Shown here piece by piece: positions 20,319-29,425 of a DNA stretch of 64,000 nt. The DNA lies in assembly GCA_951812955.1 (NCBI GenBank), contig OX638340.1, forward strand, positions 1,536,001 to 1,600,000, written 5' to 3'. Numbering within the stretch: the first letter of the stretch is position 1; the number at the start of each line of letters is the position of its first letter. The translations under genes and the position numbers were made by a program. Source of the stretch: an uncultured Gemmatimonadota bacterium (GTDB taxonomy: Bacteria > JAAXHH01). The notes under the pieces were generated by a model. That model did no database searches, was not told where the DNA came from, and was given only the letters and a program-made list of their open reading frames with translations.

Positions 20319-21077
20319 TTATTCTTCCACAGATAGCGCGACGTCTTCGTCGTGGCGGACCATGTGCAAGCCCCAGGCCGCGATGCCAGAAAGTATATAC
20401 AGCAGCACGATGGGGAAGATCGTGAGTTTCGGATCCCAGACCAGGGCCACCAGGGCCACGGCGATGACACTCAGCTTAAGGATGGACCACTTGCTCTTGA
20501 AGGCGAGCGACGGCAGGGTGCGGTAGGACAGGGGGCTGATCATGAGGATGGACAGCACGAGCATGAATCCCATGAACGGGCCTTCCAGGTGCAGTTCCTC
20601 CCATCGGTCCCAACAGAAGATGACGTACGACGCCACGGCGATGGCCGCCACGGGTATTGGCAGTCCCATGAAGTTGTCCTTCTCCTCGTTGATCCGCTCC
20701 ACGCGGCGGAGGGTCATCACGTTGTACCGGGCCAGCCGGATGGCGCCGCACATCAGGAAAAGGAGGCAGAGCACCCAGGTGATTTCGCCGAAGGGCTTAA
20801 GGGTATATACGAGTACTATGGGCGCGACGCCGAAGGATACCACGTCCGCCAGGGAATCGAGTTCGATGCCGAACCGGGTCGCCCCCTGGCTGAAGCGCGC
20901 GACCTTGCCGTCGATGCTATCCAGTAGCGCGGCGGCCATGATGAGCCAGGGCGCGCGTCCGGGGTCGCCGGTCAGGGCGTTGAACCCGTCTATACAGTAG
21001 AAGATGGCGGAAACCCCGCAGAAGATGCTGCCGAGCGTGAACACGTTCGGTAACGCGACGCGCATCCAGGTTTTCAT
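20319..21077 (-). CDS. pssA: CDP-diacylglycerol--serine O-phosphatidyltransferase (CDP-alcohol phosphotransferase family)
   Basis: DGxxARx8Gx3Dx3D motif: DSIDGKVARFSQGATRFGIELDSLADVVSFG. Multiple TM helices. 4-nt overlap with psd. Confidence 0.85.
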   Translation of the reverse strand: MKTWMRVALPNVFTLGSIFCGVSAIFYCIDGFNALTGDPGRAPWLIMAAALLDSIDGKVARFSQGATRFGIELDSLADVVSFGVAPIVLVYTLKPFGEITWVLCLLFLMCGAIRLARYNVMTLRRVERINEEKDNFMGLPIPVAAIAVASYVIFCWDRWEELHLEGPFMGFMLVLSILMISPLSYRTLPSLAFKSKWSILKLSVIAVALVALVWDPKLTIFPIVLLYILSGIAAWGLHMVRHDEDVALSVEE

Positions 21078-21715
21078 TTCAGTACTCCCAGTATCGTTTC
21101 GCCGCCCCGGACCCGGTCCCCGTTCTTAACCCGGATTTCGGCCCCGGCCGGTACGATGACGTCTATTCTCGATCCGAAGCGTATCAGGCCGAAACGGTCG
21201 CCGATACGCACCTCGTCGCCCTCGTTGACGTTGCAGACGATCCGCCGGGCAACGAAACCGACGATCTGCTTGATCAGGACGCGGCCCTCGTCTCCTTCGA
21301 TGCCCAGGACCATCTGGGCGTTGTCGCCCGAGGCCTCGTCTTTGAACGCGAGCTTGAATTTTCCTTCGATCCGCCGGCGCAATTTGACTACGCCAGTGAT
21401 GGGAATCCGGTTGACGTGCACGTTTGCGATGGACAGGAACACGCTGATCTGCGTGGCCGGTCCGCCGATGAAGGCGTCGTTTTCGATCTTCTCGACCGTT
21501 ACCACCTTGCCGTCGCCTCCGGAGATCACCAGGCCTTCGCCCGGGGGAACCCGTCTGGCCGGATCCCGGAAGAAGAAACCGACGAACAGGGCCAGGCCTC
21601 CGAACACAGACGCCAGTATGATCCAGATTGCTCCGGGGGCCAGATATCCGATCGCCAGACTGCCCGCCGCGAGTGCGGCCAGTGGTATGACCATGACCCA
21701 ACCGTCGCGTACCAT
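21074..21715 (-). CDS. psd: Phosphatidylserine decarboxylase family proenzyme (short form)
   Basis: N-terminal TM segment; PSD fold with a GSR self-cleavage-type motif (LIRFGSRIDV). Operonic with pssA. Confidence 0.8.
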   Translation of the reverse strand: MVRDGWVMVIPLAALAAGSLAIGYLAPGAIWIILASVFGGLALFVGFFFRDPARRVPPGEGLVISGGDGKVVTVEKIENDAFIGGPATQISVFLSIANVHVNRIPITGVVKLRRRIEGKFKLAFKDEASGDNAQMVLGIEGDEGRVLIKQIVGFVARRIVCNVNEGDEVRIGDRFGLIRFGSRIDVIVPAGAEIRVKNGDRVRGGETILGVLK

Positions 21716-21786
21716 GCCTTTTCCTTGCTATCCGGTTCCCGGCCGGATGTCCGCGGTCTCGGCACCTGCCGTTCCGTCCCCACGCA

Positions 21787-23091
21787 TCACAATTCGGCGA
21801 TATGCAGGACCAGGGGTATCATGCGCCCCTCCCGCTCGACTTCCAGCTCGATGGAATCGCCCACCAGGCTGCCGTACAGGGCTTCCCGCGCGTCGGGATA
21901 GCTGGTGATCACTTCCCCGTTGATTTTCCGTATGACGTCCATGACCATGATGCCGGCCAGGTCCGCCGGGCTGTTCGGGTCGATTTCATTCACCAGCACG
22001 CCCAGGCGGTTGACAATGTCCAGTTCCTGCGCCACGTATTCCGTGATGTCTATCACCGAGAGCCCCGTCCATCCACGTCTCGGTCCGCCATACTGTATCA
22101 GTTCGTCCGCAACGCGCCGAACCCGTTCGATGGGTATGGCGAAACCCACGCCCTCCGAACCGCCGCTTTCGGAGATGATGAACGTGTTGATGCCGATGAC
22201 CTCGCCGAAGGCGTTGACCAGCGGACCGCCGCTGTTGCCCGGATTGATGGTCGCGTCGGTCTGGATCATGTCCCGGTAGACCGTCCGGGATCCCTGCTGC
22301 CGGCGGAAGTTTCGTCCCAGGGCGCTGACCACCCCGACAGCCACGGCCGGCTGTGCGTCCTCGATGGCCAGGCCCAGCGGATTGCCGATGGTAATGGCCC
22401 ACTCGCCGGTCATGATGTCGTCCGACCGTCCCAGCGCCGCCACGGGGAGGTCTTCGCCTTCCACGTGGAGCACGGCCAGATCCGTCATGACGTCCACGCC
22501 GACCAGGGTGCAAGCCAGGCTGCGTCCGTCGGTCAGGACAGCCTGGATTCGCCGCGCTGTATAGTCTCCCAGTTGCACCACGTGGGCATTGGTGACGATG
22601 TAACCCGCGTCGTCGATAATTACGCCCGACCCCGTGTTCGGCTCCTCGCGGGTATAAAGACGCGGCACCACGAAATGACCGAAGAAGGGGTCGTCGGACA
22701 TGGGGGAGAATCCGCGTCGCTGCATCTGGAAAATCGCAACGATGCTCACGACTGCGGGACCCGCCCGCTCCACTGCGGTCACGATGGACGTGCGTCGTGA
22801 CGTGCTGATCGATTCGTTGGCTTCGATCAGACCTGCCGGCATTCGGCCGGATCCTACACGGCCGTAAGCGTCTTCACCCACCCCGGGAGCTCCGGCAGCG
22901 CCACTGCGCCCAATCGACCCAGCCGATTCGGACGGTTCCCGGTTTTCCGGCGTGGACGTCAGGGCCCGGGTAGCATTCCCGCCCGCCGGTCCTCCGCCGA
23001 GCGTGCTCAGCGCTTCGGGATAGGCCACGACCAGGAAAACGATGCCCACAAGCGCGCCTATGAAGGCCGCCAGAATATACCACACGGCCAT
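21787..23091 (-). CDS. htrA: HtrA/DegP-family trypsin-like serine protease with a PDZ domain
   Basis: TNAHVV (His), catalytic Asp region, GNSGGPLVN (Ser), then a PDZ domain. Start placed at ATG 23091 (MAVWYILAAF... TM anchor); the track ORF extends to 23232. Confidence 0.85.
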   Translation of the reverse strand: MAVWYILAAFIGALVGIVFLVVAYPEALSTLGGGPAGGNATRALTSTPENREPSESAGSIGRSGAAGAPGVGEDAYGRVGSGRMPAGLIEANESISTSRRTSIVTAVERAGPAVVSIVAIFQMQRRGFSPMSDDPFFGHFVVPRLYTREEPNTGSGVIIDDAGYIVTNAHVVQLGDYTARRIQAVLTDGRSLACTLVGVDVMTDLAVLHVEGEDLPVAALGRSDDIMTGEWAITIGNPLGLAIEDAQPAVAVGVVSALGRNFRRQQGSRTVYRDMIQTDATINPGNSGGPLVNAFGEVIGINTFIISESGGSEGVGFAIPIERVRRVADELIQYGGPRRGWTGLSVIDITEYVAQELDIVNRLGVLVNEIDPNSPADLAGIMVMDVIRKINGEVITSYPDAREALYGSLVGDSIELEVEREGRMIPLVLHIAEL

Positions 23092-23618
23092 CGGGGATCG
23101 CCTGGCCTTCGGGTAGCCCGTATGGCGTTCTTCCGTGTTCCGCATCGATCGGCACCGGGCATCCGTACCGCAACCTTGCAGAATCTGAACAACGCTGATT
23201 TCAGTTCGGAAATGCCGGGAAAAGTCCTGCACTTGAATGGCCCGGAAACACCATGTCCCAACGGTTCTCCGGCTCCCAAAACAGATACCTCATTATATGC
23301 GCGGAGGGGCTTCCAGTCAATACCTTTTTCCGGGGACCGGAGCGCCGCCGCGCCCATGGTGCGCGGGAACCTCGCCGGACGGTCAAGGATGGCTTTCCTG
23401 CAAGAGCTACTAAATCAAAATCTGTGATTTAACAAGGATTTAACCTCAGAGAAACACTTGCGAAACAATAAGGTTGTATATTAGATTTCTGTGTTTGTTT
23501 CTGCGAATACGTGCAAGAGGATGTGTAAATTACCGTGGCGATCCGGACTCCTGTAACCAGGCGGCCCGGTTACCCGGGCAACGATTCATGGAATATCCAA
23601 CAGGGAGGAGCAATACTC

Positions 23619-25034
23619 GTGACCCCTAATGAAGTCATCTCTTACGCAAAGGAAAATGGAGCGAAGATGGTCGACTTCCGGTTCATCGACGTGCCAGGAA
23701 CGTGGCAGCACTTCTCGGCGCCCATCGAAACGCTGGAAGAAGAGACTTTCGAAGAAGGCGTAGGATTCGACGGTTCGAGCGTCCGTGGATTCCAGACCAT
23801 CGACAAGAGCGACATGATCCTGATCCCCGATCCGCTGTCGGCCAAGATCGATCCCTTCATGGAAGCGAAAACGCTGATCCTGATCTGCAATGTCAAGGAC
23901 CCGGTGACGCTGGAAATGTACACGCGCGACCCGCGGTACGTCGCCCAGAAGGCCGAGGCCTACATGCAGTCCGTGGGCATCGCCGACACGGCTTTCTTCG
24001 GACCGGAAGCCGAGTTCTACATCTTCGACGACGTGCGGTTCGCCCAGAAGCCGAACGCCAGTTTCCATCGGGTGGATTCCAGCGAGGGATGGTGGAACAC
24101 CGGACGGAACGAAGGACCGAACCTCGGCAACAAGATACCTTACAAGCGTGGTTACTTCCCGGTGCCGCCGGTGGATACCCACCAGGACCTGCGCACCAAC
24201 ATGGTGCTGACGCTCCGGAGCATGGGCATCGAGTCGGAAGTCCACCACCACGAGGTGGGTACGGCGGGGCAGGCGGAGATCGATATTCGGTTCAACACTT
24301 TGCTGCGCATGTCTGACGATCTGCTCATGTACAAGTACATCGTCAAGAACGTCGCCCGGCAGGCCGGCAAGACGGTGACCTTCATGCCAAAGCCCATTTT
24401 CGAGGACAACGGGTCGGGCATGCACGTGCACCAGAGCCTGTGGAAAGACGGTCGGAACCTCTTCTTCGAGGCCGGCACGTACGCCGATCTGAGCGACATG
24501 GCCCGCCATTACATCGGCGGTCTGCTCAAGCACTGCTCCTCGGTCCTGGCCTTCGCCGCGCCGACGACGAACTCCTACCGGAGGCTCGTCCCGGGTTACG
24601 AAGCGCCCATCAACCTGATCTATTCGCAGCGCAACAGAAGCGCCTGCGTGCGGATCCCCATGTATTCGAAGAGCGAGAAGGCCAAAAGGATCGAGTTCCG
24701 TACGCCCGATCCAGGCGCGAATCCCTACCTGGCCTTCACCGCCATGATGATGGCCGGCCTGGACGGTATCGAGAACCGGATCGAGCCGCCGGAACCAATC
24801 GACCTCGATCTCTACGATCTCGAGCCTGAGCAGGCCGCGGAAGTGGCCCACACGCCGCAGGATCTGGGCGAGGCGCTGAACGCCCTGGAGGACGATCACG
24901 ACTACCTCCTCAAGGGAGACGTGTTCACGCCGGACCTGATCGATACCTATATCGAGTACAAGCGGGAGAACGAGTTGGACCAGATCCGCCTGCGCCCGCA
25001 CCCGTGGGAGTTCGGTCTCTACTACGACATCTAG
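23619..25034 (+). CDS. glnA: Glutamine synthetase type I
   Basis: GTG start after a GGGAGGAG RBS (23603-23610), chosen because the N-terminus ...[12 protein letters not shown] aligns with [11 protein letters not shown] and [13 protein letters not shown] motifs. The track ORF starts at an upstream ATG (23535). Confidence 0.9.
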   Translation: MTPNEVISYAKENGAKMVDFRFIDVPGTWQHFSAPIETLEEETFEEGVGFDGSSVRGFQTIDKSDMILIPDPLSAKIDPFMEAKTLILICNVKDPVTLEMYTRDPRYVAQKAEAYMQSVGIADTAFFGPEAEFYIFDDVRFAQKPNASFHRVDSSEGWWNTGRNEGPNLGNKIPYKRGYFPVPPVDTHQDLRTNMVLTLRSMGIESEVHHHEVGTAGQAEIDIRFNTLLRMSDDLLMYKYIVKNVARQAGKTVTFMPKPIFEDNGSGMHVHQSLWKDGRNLFFEAGTYADLSDMARHYIGGLLKHCSSVLAFAAPTTNSYRRLVPGYEAPINLIYSQRNRSACVRIPMYSKSEKAKRIEFRTPDPGANPYLAFTAMMMAGLDGIENRIEPPEPIDLDLYDLEPEQAAEVAHTPQDLGEALNALEDDHDYLLKGDVFTPDLIDTYIEYKRENELDQIRLRPHPWEFGLYYDI

Positions 25035-25306
25035 GTCGTATGAGATCAGCGTTTCATCGCAGCACGCGCGCCTCCTCCGTTTCGACGCGGGGAGGCGCGG
25101 TCTTTTTCTGCCGGATCGCGGTGAATTACGATAACGCACGTCGCGGTGCATCATTTTAAGGCACATCCCGCCGGCAACGTCCGGCTCGGCTTCGCCCATC
25201 GGACGATGAGCATTAAGTCCACACGCATCGCGGTGCATCCAGTTTCGACGCTACGCGTTCAGGAACCACTGCAGACCACACACGTGAATTCAAACAGCCA
25301 ACGCCC

Positions 25307-26878
25307 ATGACGACTATTGATTTCGATCGCGACGCACTTGCGTCGACTATGCCGGACGCGGTGTCCGACCATTTGCGGTCCTCCGGATTCGGCGACCCGG
25401 CCGACGCCTGGCGAATCCTGGAGCAAATCGACCGGCGCGTGGCCCCGCTTGCGCGCCCGGGAAATCCCTTCCCTGCGCTGGTCGAAGCGGCGGCTGCGTC
25501 CCTGGAACCCGACCGGGCCCTCATCAGCCTGCACACGCTCTTTACCCGGTGCGGTGAAGATCATGTCCCGGCCCTGCTGGACCTGTTGGCCATCCCGTCG
25601 GAATCCCGAGACGCCCTGCTCACGATCCTCTCGTGCAGCCCGTACCTCAGTAACGTGCTCATCCAGGACGCGGGGTTCCTGCTCGACACCTTTGCCGGCG
25701 ATTCGTGGCGTGCACTGCAATCCGCGGAAGAGTTGGATGCTGAACTGACGGAGATGCTGCAGGGTGTGTCATCGCCGGACGAGGCCATGAAACCCCTGCG
25801 CACGTTCAAGAAACGGACCTACCTGCGCATCGCGGTGTGCGACCTGATGAAGCAATCCGGAACTCCGGCAGTCCTGGAACGGCTCACGGACGTGGCCGAC
25901 CTTTGCCTGCAGGCCGCCCACGACGTGTGCGGCATGAAACTGGAGGCGCGGCACGGACGGCCGATGCTCGAAGGATCGAAACCGAGCGGATTCGCCGTCA
26001 TCGGCATGGGCAAGCTCGGCGGCAGGGACCTGAACTTCAGTTCGGATATCGACCTGCTTTACGTCTACGACGCCACGGACGGCCGCACCGAAAAAGACGG
26101 AACTTCCACCTACGAATTCTATCCGAAACTCGCCCGGGCCATAACGGACCTCATCGGACGGCTCACGCCGGACGGGCAAGTGTTCCGCGTCGACCTGCGC
26201 CTGCGTCCGGAGGGACGGGCCGGCGATATCGCCAACTCGATCGAGGGCTACCGCTGGCACTATGAGATCCAGGGACAGGCCTGGCAGCGGCAGGCGCTCC
26301 TGAAGGCACGGTGTTCGGCAGGAAGCAGGGAGGTGGGCGGCCGGTTCCTCGAAACGATCCAGCCCTTCGTGTTCTACCCCGCCCTCGACCAGCCGCTGAT
26401 CCTTGAAGATATCAACCACATGCGGGAACGGATCGCGAAGGCGCTGATCGAACGGGGCAGCGGCGATTACCACGTCAAGCTGGGTAAGGGGGGCATCCGG
26501 GAGATCGAGTTCATCGCCCAGGGATTCCAACTCGTCTACGGCGGATCCCAGAGTTGGCCCTGGGAACGCGGAACCCGCAGGATGCTGGCCTCGCTGGCGG
26601 AAAAGGGGTACCTGTCCGATGACGAGGCATCCGACCTGGACGACGCCTATCTCTTCCTCCGGGACCTGGAAAACCGTATCCAGATGACCTCGGGCCACCA
26701 GACCCACGAGATTCCCCAGGACCGCGGCGCCCAGACCGTCCTGGCCGGCATGATGGGCCTGTCCTGGACGACTCCTGAAGAAAGGGAGGCCGCGCCGGAC
26801 AGGATGCTGTCGGCCTACGCGAGGCACACCGCCCGCGTCCACCAGATCTACGACCGGGTCTTCCACTCGGCGATGTGA
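25307..26878 (+). CDS. glnE: Glutamine synthetase adenylyltransferase-like protein with a single GlnE nucleotidyltransferase domain (half the size of canonical bifunctional GlnE)
   Basis: GMGKLGGRDLNFSSDIDLLYVY nucleotidyltransferase motif. About 520 aa, against about 950 aa for two-domain GlnE. Adjacent to glnA. Confidence 0.7.
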   Translation: MTTIDFDRDALASTMPDAVSDHLRSSGFGDPADAWRILEQIDRRVAPLARPGNPFPALVEAAAASLEPDRALISLHTLFTRCGEDHVPALLDLLAIPSESRDALLTILSCSPYLSNVLIQDAGFLLDTFAGDSWRALQSAEELDAELTEMLQGVSSPDEAMKPLRTFKKRTYLRIAVCDLMKQSGTPAVLERLTDVADLCLQAAHDVCGMKLEARHGRPMLEGSKPSGFAVIGMGKLGGRDLNFSSDIDLLYVYDATDGRTEKDGTSTYEFYPKLARAITDLIGRLTPDGQVFRVDLRLRPEGRAGDIANSIEGYRWHYEIQGQAWQRQALLKARCSAGSREVGGRFLETIQPFVFYPALDQPLILEDINHMRERIAKALIERGSGDYHVKLGKGGIREIEFIAQGFQLVYGGSQSWPWERGTRRMLASLAEKGYLSDDEASDLDDAYLFLRDLENRIQMTSGHQTHEIPQDRGAQTVLAGMMGLSWTTPEEREAAPDRMLSAYARHTARVHQIYDRVFHSAM

Positions 26879-27007
26879 CGCTTGTTCGTTTGATTCCACC
26901 TGAATCAATCCATGCCGCTCGATAGTCAAGAAACCGACCGTCAATTCCAGCCCGCTTTACATTTACTTACCAGGTTTGTGATGCTGGTGGTGCTTATGGG
27001 TAAGCCT

Positions 27008-29233
27008 ATGAGCGATACCGATCTTTCATCTCTTGTCGTCCGTGCCCAGACCGGCGACCGCGCAGCCTACGAAGGCATCGTACACCGTTTTCAGGATATG
27101 GCGGTAGGCTACGCCTCCGCATTGCTGGGCGATTTCCACTTGGCTGAAGACGCGGCACAGGAGTCCTTTGCTGATGCCTGGACTGAACTTCCGCGTCTGC
27201 AGAAACCGGCTGCATTTCCAGGATGGTTCAAACGGATTGTCTTTATGCGCTGTAGCCGCATATCTCGCTCACGGCAACCGGTGGGACAAGTGCGAGAGAC
27301 GGCAGGGTCGCTGGTTGCTAGCGGTCCCGAGGAGGAACTAGAGGCGCGCGAAGAGAAAACCATGGTCATGGGAGCGATTGGGCGGTTGCCCGAGGAAGAG
27401 AGAATGGCGACGGTGCTGTTTTATATATCGACATATTCCCACCGGGAAGTCGGCTCGTTTCTGGGCTTGTCGCCGTCGACGGTCAACAACCGGCTGCGAT
27501 CGGCCCGCAAACGTCTGAGAAAGGAGATGCTGAAAATGGCTGAACGGGAATTGCCTGGGCAGGCGCCCTCGCGCGACGAACGCTTCAAGCAGCGGGTCGC
27601 ACAATTGCTTCAGCCCGAAGACATGAAGACCGACCGCTACCAGTATGGGATCGAAGCGGTGGACGGCTACGAGGCCTGGGCGCTATTCTGCGCCAGCGGG
27701 GCCGGCGACCTGGAACGCGTCAGTGCGATGCTGGACCGGGACCCCAGGCTGGTCAATGCCCAGTACTGGTACCAGTTCCCCATCCACATGGCAGTGCGCG
27801 AGGGACATGCGGAGGTGGTCCAGCTTCTGTTGCAGGCCGGGGCCGATCCGGGACAGTCGCGCTATACCTACAATTCATGGGATAAGTTGCTGGCCATCGC
27901 CGAGGAGCGCGGCTACAGGGGAGTACAGGCCCTGCTGGAGGCGGCGATGCGGGAGCGCTTCGGGTACGATCCCGCCTTTATCCCGTTGGCCGAGATGATC
28001 AAAGGCCGCGACCGGGCACAGGTAGAGGAGATGTTGGCAGATCATCCCGAGCTCATCCACGCTTCCGACGCATTGGGCAACGGGCCCCTGCACTGGGCGG
28101 CCGTGACGCGCCAGAACGACCTTGTGGACTTCTTCGTCGCACGGGGTGCCGGCCTGGAAGTCCGCCGCGCCGATGGTAAGACCCCGCTGCTGGTCGCGCT
28201 CATCGGAGACTACTGGTTCCGGTCACGTGACTTGCCCGCGGAAGCCCCGCAAGACCCATGGGTCGTCACCCGCCACTTACTCGCTTGCGGCGTGGATTAC
28301 GTCCTGAGCGTCGCGTGTGCGGCTGGCGATGAAGACCGGGTCGAGGCGGTGCTGGAGTCCGATCCGATCCAGGCCCGCACCCTCGATCCCGGAAGGCGCA
28401 GTCCGCTTGCTTATGCAGCTGGCAACGGCCACACCCGGATCGTCGAAAGACTGTTGGACCTGGGCGCAGACCCCAACCTGCCGGAAGAGAACGCGCCCCG
28501 TGGCGGCGCGCTATTCGGCGCGTGCTCGGGCAACCACCTGGAGACGGCCGGACTGCTGCTTGAACGAGGTGCCGATCCCAACGCCGAGGTTGACTCATCC
28601 GGCTCCTGTTTGACCATTGTCGAGTACAATCATGGCACAAAAGGACAGCGGTTACAGGCCCTGTTGCGCGAATTCGGCGCCGAGATACCACCCTTCGCCA
28701 TGGACGACGCGGCACTTGAACGGGCCGTTCGCAAAGGGGATGGCATCGTCGCCCATCCACAGTTCCTGCACGAGTTGATGGGACGGAACAATCCTGCGCT
28801 CGTCGGCGTATTCCTGGAGACTACGCCCGACGTGAGCGATCTTTTTCGACTGACGGACATCTGGGGCGGCAACTACCCGTCAGACCCCGATACGATCCGC
28901 GCCCTGGCCGACCACGGCCTCGATCTGTGCCGCGCAAACTGGATTGGGCGCACCTTTCTGCACGGTTGTGCCGAAAAGGGAGATGTCGACGCGGCCCGCG
29001 TTTTTTTGGAGTTAGGGGCAGATATTGAGGCTGTCGAGTTGGAATACGGAGGTACGCCTCTGGCTGCCGCCGCGCGCACCGGGAAGGTGGAAATGGTGCG
29101 TTTCCTGTTAGATCAAGGTGCCGATCCGGCCGCACCAGTCAAGTCGCCCTGGGCGCAGCCGATATATTGGGCGGAGAAGGAAGGACACGAGGATGTGGTA
29201 GCGCTGCTCAAGGATCGCATGAACCCTGGTTAG
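27008..29233 (+). CDS. ECF-type sigma-70 factor (regions 2 and 4) fused to a C-terminal domain of about 500 aa built from about 9 ankyrin repeats
   Basis: Sigma region 2 (LVVRAQTGDRAAYEGIVHRFQ...FxxWFKRIV), region 4 HTH (EERMATVLFYISTYSHREVGSFLGLSPSTVNNRL). Ankyrin repeats such as GNGPLHWAAVTRQNDLVDFFVARGAGLE and GRTFLHGCAEKGDVDAARVFLELGADI. Alternative upstream ATGs at 26981 and 26912. Confidence 0.75.
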   Translation: MSDTDLSSLVVRAQTGDRAAYEGIVHRFQDMAVGYASALLGDFHLAEDAAQESFADAWTELPRLQKPAAFPGWFKRIVFMRCSRISRSRQPVGQVRETAGSLVASGPEEELEAREEKTMVMGAIGRLPEEERMATVLFYISTYSHREVGSFLGLSPSTVNNRLRSARKRLRKEMLKMAERELPGQAPSRDERFKQRVAQLLQPEDMKTDRYQYGIEAVDGYEAWALFCASGAGDLERVSAMLDRDPRLVNAQYWYQFPIHMAVREGHAEVVQLLLQAGADPGQSRYTYNSWDKLLAIAEERGYRGVQALLEAAMRERFGYDPAFIPLAEMIKGRDRAQVEEMLADHPELIHASDALGNGPLHWAAVTRQNDLVDFFVARGAGLEVRRADGKTPLLVALIGDYWFRSRDLPAEAPQDPWVVTRHLLACGVDYVLSVACAAGDEDRVEAVLESDPIQARTLDPGRRSPLAYAAGNGHTRIVERLLDLGADPNLPEENAPRGGALFGACSGNHLETAGLLLERGADPNAEVDSSGSCLTIVEYNHGTKGQRLQALLREFGAEIPPFAMDDAALERAVRKGDGIVAHPQFLHELMGRNNPALVGVFLETTPDVSDLFRLTDIWGGNYPSDPDTIRALADHGLDLCRANWIGRTFLHGCAEKGDVDAARVFLELGADIEAVELEYGGTPLAAAARTGKVEMVRFLLDQGADPAAPVKSPWAQPIYWAEKEGHEDVVALLKDRMNPG

Positions 29234-29425
29234 GACATTGTTAGAAAGTAACATAAAAAACAAAAACGCCCGGCCCTGGATTAAACCGCTCCAGGACCGG
29301 GCTTTTTTCTGTATTGAACAGCGCATCTTTCGTCTCGCGCTGACGTTCAGGACAAGTCTGAGCACACGCGCACTCACGCCCACACTCTCACGCGCTCACA
29401 TCCACGCCCCCACTCACGCTTACAC

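Noticed and set aside
21802-22800. 332-aa plus-strand ORF, with similar antisense ORFs at 25769..26944, 40250..41380 and 45309..46343
   Set aside because: Each overlaps, on the opposite strand, a gene with strong homology signatures (htrA, glnE-like, PhyH, panE).
23586-25238. 550-aa ORF on the minus strand
   Set aside because: It lies wholly antisense to glnA, whose plus-strand product has every glutamine-synthetase motif. Long stop-free antisense frames are expected at ~65% GC; the product is Arg/Gly/Val-rich with no domain signature.
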